Below are positions 8,672-16,724 of a stretch of 64,000 nt of DNA, piece after piece. Origin of the DNA: Rhodospirillaceae bacterium (GTDB lineage Bacteria > Pseudomonadota > Alphaproteobacteria > Rhodospirillales > Rhodospirillaceae); NCBI GenBank assembly GCA_049604415.1, contig JBMYTN010000006.1, positions 65,107 through 129,106 on the forward strand, given 5' to 3'. Each line of letters opens with the position of its first letter. Position 1 is the first letter of the stretch. The translations under genes were made by a program, and so were the position numbers. Under the pieces are notes generated by a model. It ran no database searches. It worked only from the letters and a program-made list of their open reading frames with translations, and was not told where the DNA came from.

Positions 8672-9715
8672 GTGGAAAACTCCAAGATCTTCAAACGCGA
8701 AGAAAAGATTGTCGCCGATGCCGAGGCCCTGCTGGCCTCGGATGCCTTGCCGGATGGCGAGGGGCGGGAGTCTTTTGACGCCTTGCTCAAGGCCTATCGC
8801 AAGCTGCTGCGCACGACGTCGAAGCTGGTGAAGATCTCGGACCGCAATGAGGCTGAACTGAACCGGGTCGCCAACACCCTTGATGAGAAGAGCACCATGC
8901 TCGAGGGGCTGTCACAGAACCTGTCAAAATATCTCTCGCCGCAGATTTATGATCAGATCTTCACCGGGGCTCAAGGGGTCGAGCTGAAAACGGCGCGGAA
9001 AAAGCTGACGGTGTTCTTCAGCGATTTGAAGGACTTCACCCAGACCACCGAGGATCTGCAGCCGGAAGATCTGACCTATTTGCTGAACAAATATTTCAGC
9101 GAAATGTCGAAGATCGCCCTGAAACATGGCGCCACCATCGACAAGTTCATTGGCGATGCGATGGTGATGTTCTTTGGCGATCCCAACTCCAAGGGGGTGT
9201 TGGAAGACGCCAAATCCTGTGTCCGCATGGCTATCGAGATGCAGCGGCGCATGGAGGATCTGCGCGAGATTTGGAACGCCAAGGGCTATGAGCATCCGTT
9301 CCAAATGCGCATTGGCATCAACACCGGCTTTTGCAATGTGGGCAATTTCGGCAGTGATGCCCGGATGGATTACACCATCATCGGCAACGAGGTGAATTTG
9401 GCCGCCAGGCTGGAAGGCAAGGCCGAGCCGGGCGGCATCCTGATGTCTTATGAAACCTACGCCCTGGTCCGCGACATTGTTCATGCGGAGCCGCGTGAGC
9501 CGATCCAGGTCAAGGGCATCCGCCGCGATGTGGTGCCCTATGATGTGCGCGGAATCCTTGAGGGCATGGACAGCTCCCGGCGTTTCCTGCGCCATGTGGA
9601 GGAGGGCGTTTTGATGGTGCTCGACCTCGACAAAATGAGTGTCGAAGACAAGCGCCGGACCTTAGAAAAGGTCGAAGGCATGGCCAGCCGCCTGAAGCAA
9701 GAGGTCGGGGAGTAG
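8672..9715 (+). CDS. class III nucleotidyl cyclase (CHD domain), probably an adenylate cyclase, with an N-terminal coiled-coil of about 100 aa
   Basis: KLTVFFSDLKDFT (metal-binding Asp), DKFIGDAMVMFFGDP (Lys before IGD suggests adenine specificity) and NEVNLAARLEG (transition-state Asn/Arg). GTG start 5 nt after the SiaC-like stop. An alternative internal ATG exists. Confidence 0.8.
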   Translation: MENSKIFKREEKIVADAEALLASDALPDGEGRESFDALLKAYRKLLRTTSKLVKISDRNEAELNRVANTLDEKSTMLEGLSQNLSKYLSPQIYDQIFTGAQGVELKTARKKLTVFFSDLKDFTQTTEDLQPEDLTYLLNKYFSEMSKIALKHGATIDKFIGDAMVMFFGDPNSKGVLEDAKSCVRMAIEMQRRMEDLREIWNAKGYEHPFQMRIGINTGFCNVGNFGSDARMDYTIIGNEVNLAARLEGKAEPGGILMSYETYALVRDIVHAEPREPIQVKGIRRDVVPYDVRGILEGMDSSRRFLRHVEEGVLMVLDLDKMSVEDKRRTLEKVEGMASRLKQEVGE

Positions 9716-9769
9716 GGGCGGCTGTCTCTATCGGTCTGCTGTCGGTCTGCGCGTCAGTCGCGCCGTCGG

Positions 9770-11890
9770 TCAGTCCTCTGCCAAATCACCAAAAAACTCT
9801 GAGCCGGGGGCCACGCCCGAGATCGTCAACCGCTCCCGAGCCCGGGTGCAGGCGACATAAAACAGCTGGCGTTCGGTTTCATAGACCTCATCCAGCTCCA
9901 CCTCATCGGCCACGGTTTCGATCCGGTCCTGATCGGGCAGCACCTCCTCGTCACAGGCCATCACCACCACATGGCGGAACTCCAGGCCCTTGGCCAAATG
10001 CATCACGCCAATGGCCACCCGCCCGGTGCGATCCTCAATGCGGTCGGACAGCTCAAGGGCCTGAGCCCCAGCCTCCTGAACCGCCGCGCGGGCCCGGGGC
10101 AGTTCGGTATCGGAGCGGACAAAGACCCCGATTTCCTCAGGCGGGATGCCCTCATCCAGGGTCTCAAACAAGGCCAGACCGATGGCGGTGATTTCGTCTT
10201 CGGGGCTGTCGGCCACATGCACCACGGGATCGGGACCGTTAAACACCGAGATCGTGCCGCGCCGGTCTTCCTCAATGCCGTCCACATCCCGCACCATGCT
10301 GGGCAACAGCCGATCCGCTGCGCGGCGGATCTGGTGCGAGGTGCGGTAATTGACCTTCAGGGTGTGGGAGCGCCCGCGAATATCGATCCCCAGCCCGAGC
10401 CAGGAAAACGGTTCCTGAAAAATCCGCTGGCCCAAATCGCCAGCAAAGAACAATGCGTCGGGGGTTTTCGGGGCAATGGCGGCCAGCATTTTCAGCGCCG
10501 GGACGCCCAAATCCTGTGCCTCATCGACCAGGATATGATCGAAGGGCTTGTCTGCTCGGTCTTTGTAATGGGCCGTGACCGCGCCAAACACCATGGCCGG
10601 GGTCAGGCTCATTTGGGCCTGTAAGCGCTCCCGGACCTCGGCAAACACCGGCCAGAGCCGTTCCCTCTGCTTGCTGCCCAGCCGGTTTTTCCGGCCCAGG
10701 CGTGGCACCCGGGCATAGGCCTCAAGGCTTTCGATCTGCCAGGCATCAACCACATGACGCCATTCGGACAGCAAGAACCGGTCGGTAAAGCCCTGCAGGC
10801 CTTGGGCTTCAGCGGCCTGGAGCAAGGTCGACCGCACGGTCTCCGGGCTGACGAGGCGCGGCTCATAGCCCTTGATCAAGGTGAACAGCTGCTGTGCGGC
10901 GCCGTCAAAGGGTGCGATGCTGACCCGGTCGGTCAGGATCTGGTCATTGCCGACCAGCAGCCGCAGCTTTTGCCGCAAGGCGTTGCAGAGCGGACTGGAA
11001 AAGCTGGTCAGCAGCAATTTGCTGGCCGGGGCGGTGCGCAGCAAATGGCTGGTCCGGTGCAAAGCCACCACAGTTTTGCCGGTGCCTGCGGATCCGGCAA
11101 TCCGAACCGGGCCGGAGGCGGGGGCCTCTACCAGTTTCTCCTGGTCCGGATGCAGAAAAATCGCCCAGCGATCCCAGGGCGCGTTCAGCGCGTTTTCCAG
11201 GGCCGCGACATTGTCCATGACCCGGAACCGTCGCAGGGCATCGGGATGGCTGAAGGGATCGATCCCCGGCAATTGCTGCTCCGGCGGGCGCAACACCCCG
11301 TCGGCGACATAGCCCAGCAGAGCTTCCATGGCTTCCGCCGGGATATGGTCTGCCAGATCGAGGAAATTGTTTTCCGAAGCATTGTGGACATCGCGCAGCC
11401 AGTCTTCCGGCACCCCGATGCCCAGCAGATCTTCCTCGGTCAATTGCAGGAACAGGGGCGGGTAATAGGGGTCTTGGTCCTCCTCGGCGGCCTCGGCCAT
11501 GGGCGGGGGCAGCGTCGATGTCGGGCCGTCGACGAAGGCCGGGCCGAAGATGGTCTCGACCCGCTCCCGGATTTCCACCAGCTGTGCGGCCCCGGTGCGC
11601 GGATGGGTGTCGATGCGCCGCCGCTCGGCCCAGCGATAGGCCGCGTCATGGTGATCGACATAGGCGATCAGGAAGCTGGACGCGGTTTTATGGACGATCA
11701 ACCGGATGTCGCGATTGACCCGCACCGACCAGAAATTCGGATCCTTGGCGTTTTCGATTCGATGAAACTTTAGGCCCGGATTGGAGGGGTCTTGCTGCAG
11801 GTCAAACACGGTCAGCTTGACCGCCTTTTGCGCCGCATTGGGCAGTTTGGCCAAGGCTGTCTGAAAGCTGTCGGCGAGCAGGAAGATCAT
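9770..11890 (-). CDS. UvrD/REP-family superfamily-I helicase with an N-terminal RelE/ParE-like (toxin-fold-like) domain
   Basis: Walker A GSAGTGKTVVALHR and C-terminal UvrD_C-like LFYVACTRARERLTISG. N-terminal 100 aa (PGLKFHRIENAKDPNFWSVRVNRDIRLIVHKTASSFLIAYVDHHDAAYRWA) matches the RelE/ParE toxin sequence pattern. Confidence 0.75.
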   Translation of the reverse strand: MIFLLADSFQTALAKLPNAAQKAVKLTVFDLQQDPSNPGLKFHRIENAKDPNFWSVRVNRDIRLIVHKTASSFLIAYVDHHDAAYRWAERRRIDTHPRTGAAQLVEIRERVETIFGPAFVDGPTSTLPPPMAEAAEEDQDPYYPPLFLQLTEEDLLGIGVPEDWLRDVHNASENNFLDLADHIPAEAMEALLGYVADGVLRPPEQQLPGIDPFSHPDALRRFRVMDNVAALENALNAPWDRWAIFLHPDQEKLVEAPASGPVRIAGSAGTGKTVVALHRTSHLLRTAPASKLLLTSFSSPLCNALRQKLRLLVGNDQILTDRVSIAPFDGAAQQLFTLIKGYEPRLVSPETVRSTLLQAAEAQGLQGFTDRFLLSEWRHVVDAWQIESLEAYARVPRLGRKNRLGSKQRERLWPVFAEVRERLQAQMSLTPAMVFGAVTAHYKDRADKPFDHILVDEAQDLGVPALKMLAAIAPKTPDALFFAGDLGQRIFQEPFSWLGLGIDIRGRSHTLKVNYRTSHQIRRAADRLLPSMVRDVDGIEEDRRGTISVFNGPDPVVHVADSPEDEITAIGLALFETLDEGIPPEEIGVFVRSDTELPRARAAVQEAGAQALELSDRIEDRTGRVAIGVMHLAKGLEFRHVVVMACDEEVLPDQDRIETVADEVELDEVYETERQLFYVACTRARERLTISGVAPGSEFFGDLAED

Positions 11891-12434
11891 CTGAGTTGGG
11901 ACCGTATTGCCTTTACTATTTCCGCCACTCTAAGATTTAGGCATGCCTAAGGCCTCGTGTGACTTTGACTCTCCTGAAAGGGGTCTCGATTTTGTCGCAC
12001 AAATGCCAAAAGTGGAAAAAGGTCTCGACTGCATACAAGATTATGGGATGTTCGCGTTGCGAGTATAGTATCAGAAATTATGTGCGAAGCAGTAAAATCC
12101 AGAAGGTGTGTTTCAAAAACAAGACAGCCTGCTGTGTCTTGAGCGGCACTTCAGCACCCTCAGGAACGGCTATTCCGATGAATAAGTCCACTTGCCGAGC
12201 GGAAAGCAGAGCCCGGAACACGAAAATCAGAAAACGAAACCGATAGCCGCTGAAAGGGGACCTGAACGCGCTGCGGAAGTCAGGCGATTGCAATCCTAAT
12301 ACAGCAGCATAAAGTCGAACGCTCGCAGATTGATTATGCGTTGAAACTCCACTATTTTCTTATCCTGTTGTGGTCCTGCAGAGCGGGTTTCAAGACTGAA
12401 TTGATCGGCAGGGCAAAAGCTAAGGGGCAGGGCA

Positions 12435-15400
12435 ATGGGGACGACATTTTATGATCAGCCAATTCTGAACTCCCCTTACGAGGAGCCGTCTCGTCATCAC
12501 GCGCTGGATGATGAGGGGCAGCCAACAGATGATGAGCCGGTTCTCGGTCGACGGAAATCGGATCTTACAACCCCAATGGTCCCAGGCAATCGTCGTCAGC
12601 GGGCGAATGAGGCTGCAGGTCAAACATCTTTGGGTCTTGGGATTGACGCGGGCGATGAGGGAGATGATCAGCAATATGATCCAACCCCAATCATCAACGA
12701 AATTCGATCCAAGGTCGCGGAATGGCGAAGGCTCCCGAGTACCACGGATTGGGGTGTGACACCAGCAACAGCGCGCTTGTTGAAGCATTGGCGGGACTAT
12801 GACTATTCGGGTATTCGCCCCTTCTTTTGTCAAATCGAAGCGGTGGAAACGATTATCTGGCTGACAGAAGTCGCCCGGAAGCAAAAGACAGGCGGGCATT
12901 TCTGGCGTCATATTGAGAGCGCGAACAGGGTCGCAAACCCCGATTTGCTGCGGCTGGCTATGAAAATGGCGACTGGGTCAGGCAAGACCACGGTCATGGC
13001 GATGTTGATTGCATGGCAGACCGTGAATGCGGTGCGGTCACCCACAAGCAAGTTATTTTCTCGCGGTTTTTTAATTGTTTCGCCCGGCATTACGATCCGG
13101 GATCGCCTTCGCGTTCTCATGCCGAACGATCCGCAGGGCTATTACAAGACCCGTGAACTCGTCCCGGCCGACATGCTGGAAGACATCAATAAAGCAAAGA
13201 TTGTCATCACCAACTATCATGCTTTCCAACTCAAGGAACTGATGGACACCAACAAAGTTGGGCGATCTTTGTTACAAGGACGTGGTGAGGAGCTGAAGAC
13301 CAAAGAAAACGAAGGGCAGATGGTCCGTCGGGTTGCAGAAGAGCTCATGGGGATGAAGAACGTCGTCGTGATCAATGACGAGGCTCACCATTGCTATCGG
13401 GAGAAACCGGGCAATGATGACATCCAGGAGCTCAAAGGCGATGAAAAGAAAGCAGCCGAGGAGGAAAATAAGGCGGCGCGCCTTTGGATCAACGGCATCG
13501 AAGCCTTCAAAAAGAAACTTGGTGTTCGATTTGTTTTTGACCTTTCAGCCACACCCTTTTTTCTTAGCGGTTCCGGCTGGCGGGAAGGGGCATTGTTTCC
13601 CTGGACGGTGAGCGACTTTTCCCTGATCGATGCGATTGAGTGTGGCATCGTCAAGTTGCCTCGTGTTCCTGTGGCGGACAATGCACTGATCCCTGGCAAC
13701 GAAATGCCGGTCTACCGAGAACTTTGGAGGCATATCGGTAAGGAGATGCCCAAAAAGGGTCGGGGCAAAGGGGGGGGCGACGCAAATCCGATGGACATCC
13801 CGGACATGCTGAAAACCGCTCTGTTCGCGCTCTACAAACATTACGCGGAAACCTTTGAACAATGGAAACGAGCGGGGATTGAAACGCCGCCTGTTTTTAT
13901 CGTCGTGTGCAATAACACCTCGACGTCAAAATTGGTGCAGGAGTGGATATCGGGCTGGGAGCGGCCCAATGAAGACGACGAAATGGTCTTTGAACATAAT
14001 GGGCATCTGGAGCTCTTTCGGAACTACGACAACAATGGAATCCTGCTCCATAGGCCCAATACGCTTTTGATCGACAGCATGCAAATCGAAAGCGGAGAGG
14101 CGCTGGACGATAACTTTAAAAAGATTGCGGCCAAGGAAATTGAGCTCTTCCAACGCGAGCGGAAAGAACGCGGGGAGCACGGTGATATCACCGATAGCGA
14201 ATTGCTTCGCGAAGTCATGAATACTGTCGGCAAAAAAGGTCGACTGGGTGAGCAGGTCCGTTGCGTTGTTTCTGTCTCCATGCTGACGGAAGGGTGGGAC
14301 GCCAACACCGTGACACACATTCTGGGCATTCGCGCTTTCGGCACCCAGTTGCTGTGCGAACAGGTCGTGGGTCGGGCACTGCGCCGGTATTCTTATGACC
14401 TCAACGACGCCTCTCTGTTCAATGTCGAATACGCCGACATCATGGGGATTCCTTTTAATTTCACGGCCAAGCCGCAGGTCGCTCCGCCAAAACCGCCAAA
14501 AAAGACGGAACGGGTGATGGCCATGAAGGAACGCTCCAACCTAGAGATCATCTTTCCGCGCGTCGCGGGATATCGGGTTGACCTTCCGGAAGAACGATTG
14601 CCTGTCAAATTTACCGAGAACTCCAGCTACACCCTGACGCCCGAGGAGGTTGGTCCGGGTCAGGTGTTGATGGAAGGTATTGTCGGTGAAAGTGTTTTGA
14701 TCTCGGCGGGAGAAGCGCAGAAACTTCGCCTCAGCACCATTTCATTCAATCTCGCCAAACACGTCATGCTTAAATATTTCAAGGACGAGGATGGCGAGCC
14801 GAAGCTGCATCTGTTTGGCCAAATCAAGCGCATCGTCAGGCTATGGCTGGATGGCGGCTATTTCGAAGCCAAGGGTGATACCGGGACGTGGATGCTGGCC
14901 TCCTATCCGAATGTGCAAGCGCAAGCGGGGGAGAGGATTTACAATGCCATCGTCAATGGCATGAACGCCGAAGAGGAAGCCGGTGACCTGGAACCCCGCG
15001 TAAAAGCGGTTCTCGACCCTTATAATCCGAAGGGCTCAACCGCCCATGTCGGCTTCCAAACGACGAAATCTTTGTTCAAAACGTCGCCTGTCAAATGCCA
15101 CATAAACTATGTTGTGGCCGATAGTGGATGGGAAGATCAGTTCGCGATCGCCGCTGAAGCAAACCCCAAAGTCTTGTGTTATGTGAAAAACCAAGGGCTC
15201 GGCCTGGAGGTGCCATATAAGGATGGTTCGAATGCCAGGGTTTATATCCCGGATTTCATTGTTCAAATCGATGACGGCCATGGTTCCGACGACCCGTTAA
15301 ACCTGATCGTCGAGGTCAAGGGATATCGGAATGAAAACGTCAAGCTGAAATCTGAAACAATGAACACCCAATGGGTCCCTGGCGTGAACAACCTCGGCCA

Positions 15401-15536
15401 GTGGGGGCGGTGGGCCTTTGTCGAGTTCCAGGACGCTTGGTCGATGCCGAATGAATTTCAGGAGCTGATCGAAAAGTTTCTCGACAAAGTGATTGGCGAC
15501 TTCGTTGATCAGAATGCCGATGGGGAGGCTGCTTAG
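12435..15536 (+). CDS. Type III restriction enzyme Res-like subunit (SF2 helicase + C-terminal PD-(D/E)xK nuclease)
   Basis: 1033 aa. Walker A MATGSGKTTVMAM, DEAH box VINDEAHHC, helicase motif VI-like QVVGRALRR. C-terminal YIPDFIV...LIVEVKGY is a PD-ExK nuclease motif. AAGGGG Shine-Dalgarno upstream. Confidence 0.8.
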   Translation: MGTTFYDQPILNSPYEEPSRHHALDDEGQPTDDEPVLGRRKSDLTTPMVPGNRRQRANEAAGQTSLGLGIDAGDEGDDQQYDPTPIINEIRSKVAEWRRLPSTTDWGVTPATARLLKHWRDYDYSGIRPFFCQIEAVETIIWLTEVARKQKTGGHFWRHIESANRVANPDLLRLAMKMATGSGKTTVMAMLIAWQTVNAVRSPTSKLFSRGFLIVSPGITIRDRLRVLMPNDPQGYYKTRELVPADMLEDINKAKIVITNYHAFQLKELMDTNKVGRSLLQGRGEELKTKENEGQMVRRVAEELMGMKNVVVINDEAHHCYREKPGNDDIQELKGDEKKAAEEENKAARLWINGIEAFKKKLGVRFVFDLSATPFFLSGSGWREGALFPWTVSDFSLIDAIECGIVKLPRVPVADNALIPGNEMPVYRELWRHIGKEMPKKGRGKGGGDANPMDIPDMLKTALFALYKHYAETFEQWKRAGIETPPVFIVVCNNTSTSKLVQEWISGWERPNEDDEMVFEHNGHLELFRNYDNNGILLHRPNTLLIDSMQIESGEALDDNFKKIAAKEIELFQRERKERGEHGDITDSELLREVMNTVGKKGRLGEQVRCVVSVSMLTEGWDANTVTHILGIRAFGTQLLCEQVVGRALRRYSYDLNDASLFNVEYADIMGIPFNFTAKPQVAPPKPPKKTERVMAMKERSNLEIIFPRVAGYRVDLPEERLPVKFTENSSYTLTPEEVGPGQVLMEGIVGESVLISAGEAQKLRLSTISFNLAKHVMLKYFKDEDGEPKLHLFGQIKRIVRLWLDGGYFEAKGDTGTWMLASYPNVQAQAGERIYNAIVNGMNAEEEAGDLEPRVKAVLDPYNPKGSTAHVGFQTTKSLFKTSPVKCHINYVVADSGWEDQFAIAAEANPKVLCYVKNQGLGLEVPYKDGSNARVYIPDFIVQIDDGHGSDDPLNLIVEVKGYRNENVKLKSETMNTQWVPGVNNLGQWGRWAFVEFQDAWSMPNEFQELIEKFLDKVIGDFVDQNADGEAA

Positions 15537-16724
15537 GTGTCTCCTCGAAATGTCATAGAGGCACCAGAATTCTCGGAATTTGCCTTTGGCTTTTGCGTTA
15601 CTCAGGGGGTCGTAAATCTTCGCTTTGGTCAGTTTAGCCCATTTGGTGCTTCTGTCCGATTTGCCGCTCGGCACCGGGCAATACTATGGGATTGGGGTCA
15701 TTTGCACTATGAGTTGATACATGATTTTGGTCTTAGTCCGAAACAAGCCCGAGCCGTGCTCAACGAAACAGGTGCTCCCTTCCATCCGACGCAGAGTCAA
15801 GAAGCTACCTTCCCGATTGATGTCGCTATGACGAGCAACGGGGTCGCGTGCTTCTTTCAGTATAAGCGATGTGACTGCGTGACTGGCTCCCATAGCTCTT
15901 TGACTGAAGTAACGCAGGGAAGCTTTAGCAGCTTAGAGAAGCCATTCTATCGAGTGAATTTCAAGTGGACGGCACCTAATCCAAAAAAACCAAACTGTGG
16001 CGGTGATTTTAATCAGAGAGAGCAATTAGAGAGACTAGAAAACGCGTTATCCCATATTCCTTCAGCGTTGGTCCGCTATGTGGTCCCGGCATTCCATAAA
16101 TCGGAAGAGTTGGATATCGTTCAACAGGATGGCGTCGCTGCGCGATCAGATGGAGAACCGCTTGTCCTTTGTTTTCCAGCCAGCGCATTTTCGTTGCCTG
16201 CGGGGACAAATCACCATGTGAGCTTCGATAGAGCCTGCACCGCTTTTCGGCATTCCAAAGGGTCAGAGCCAGTGCAAGGATTTAGCCCGCTTGAAGACGA
16301 AATTGAGCGCTCGTCCGAAGAAACCAAACAGCCAGTGTTCAAGACCATACATAGTCTGCGCAAGGACCTTGATGCGTTTGCATCGAATTTAGGCGTTCCG
16401 GATCCGCCGGAACAGATCGATGATCAAAATTTGCTTCGGTTCTTTGGGATATGGCCTCGCCGCAAGCCCCGCGCATCAGATCAAGATTACTTGCGATTTT
16501 TTGCCGACGTCGAAGAGACACCGACAGAGATTTCGGACCTGTCGACAGGCCTCCGCAAGCTCTTAAAGCAACCGCTCGACAAATCACTCGTTGCTCTAAA
16601 GAATTATTCGCCCATGTCTTTTGTGGAAGATTGGTTTGCTGCGGATTTTCGCTGCCGACAGATCATTGGGCAGCCCTTGGGGGTAAACATAATGAGCTTA
16701 GGGGGCGGGCAAAATGGCGCGTAA
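15537..16724 (+). CDS. hypothetical protein encoded between Res-like and Mod-like genes (no recognisable motifs)
   Basis: 395 aa. GTG start immediately after the Res stop and 3' end overlapping the Mod start by 11 nt, so it is translationally coupled within the operon. AT-richer codon usage than the flanking genes. Confidence 0.5.
   Translation: MSPRNVIEAPEFSEFAFGFCVTQGVVNLRFGQFSPFGASVRFAARHRAILWDWGHLHYELIHDFGLSPKQARAVLNETGAPFHPTQSQEATFPIDVAMTSNGVACFFQYKRCDCVTGSHSSLTEVTQGSFSSLEKPFYRVNFKWTAPNPKKPNCGGDFNQREQLERLENALSHIPSALVRYVVPAFHKSEELDIVQQDGVAARSDGEPLVLCFPASAFSLPAGTNHHVSFDRACTAFRHSKGSEPVQGFSPLEDEIERSSEETKQPVFKTIHSLRKDLDAFASNLGVPDPPEQIDDQNLLRFFGIWPRRKPRASDQDYLRFFADVEETPTEISDLSTGLRKLLKQPLDKSLVALKNYSPMSFVEDWFAADFRCRQIIGQPLGVNIMSLGGGQNGA

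Noticed and set aside
11891-12434. Searched for a tRNA gene, integrase or direct repeats marking the island insertion site
   Set aside because: No cloverleaf-compatible sequence or duplicated flank was found. Only small AT-rich ORFs (11959-12246, 12078-12293) that look like promoter-region noise between divergent genes.
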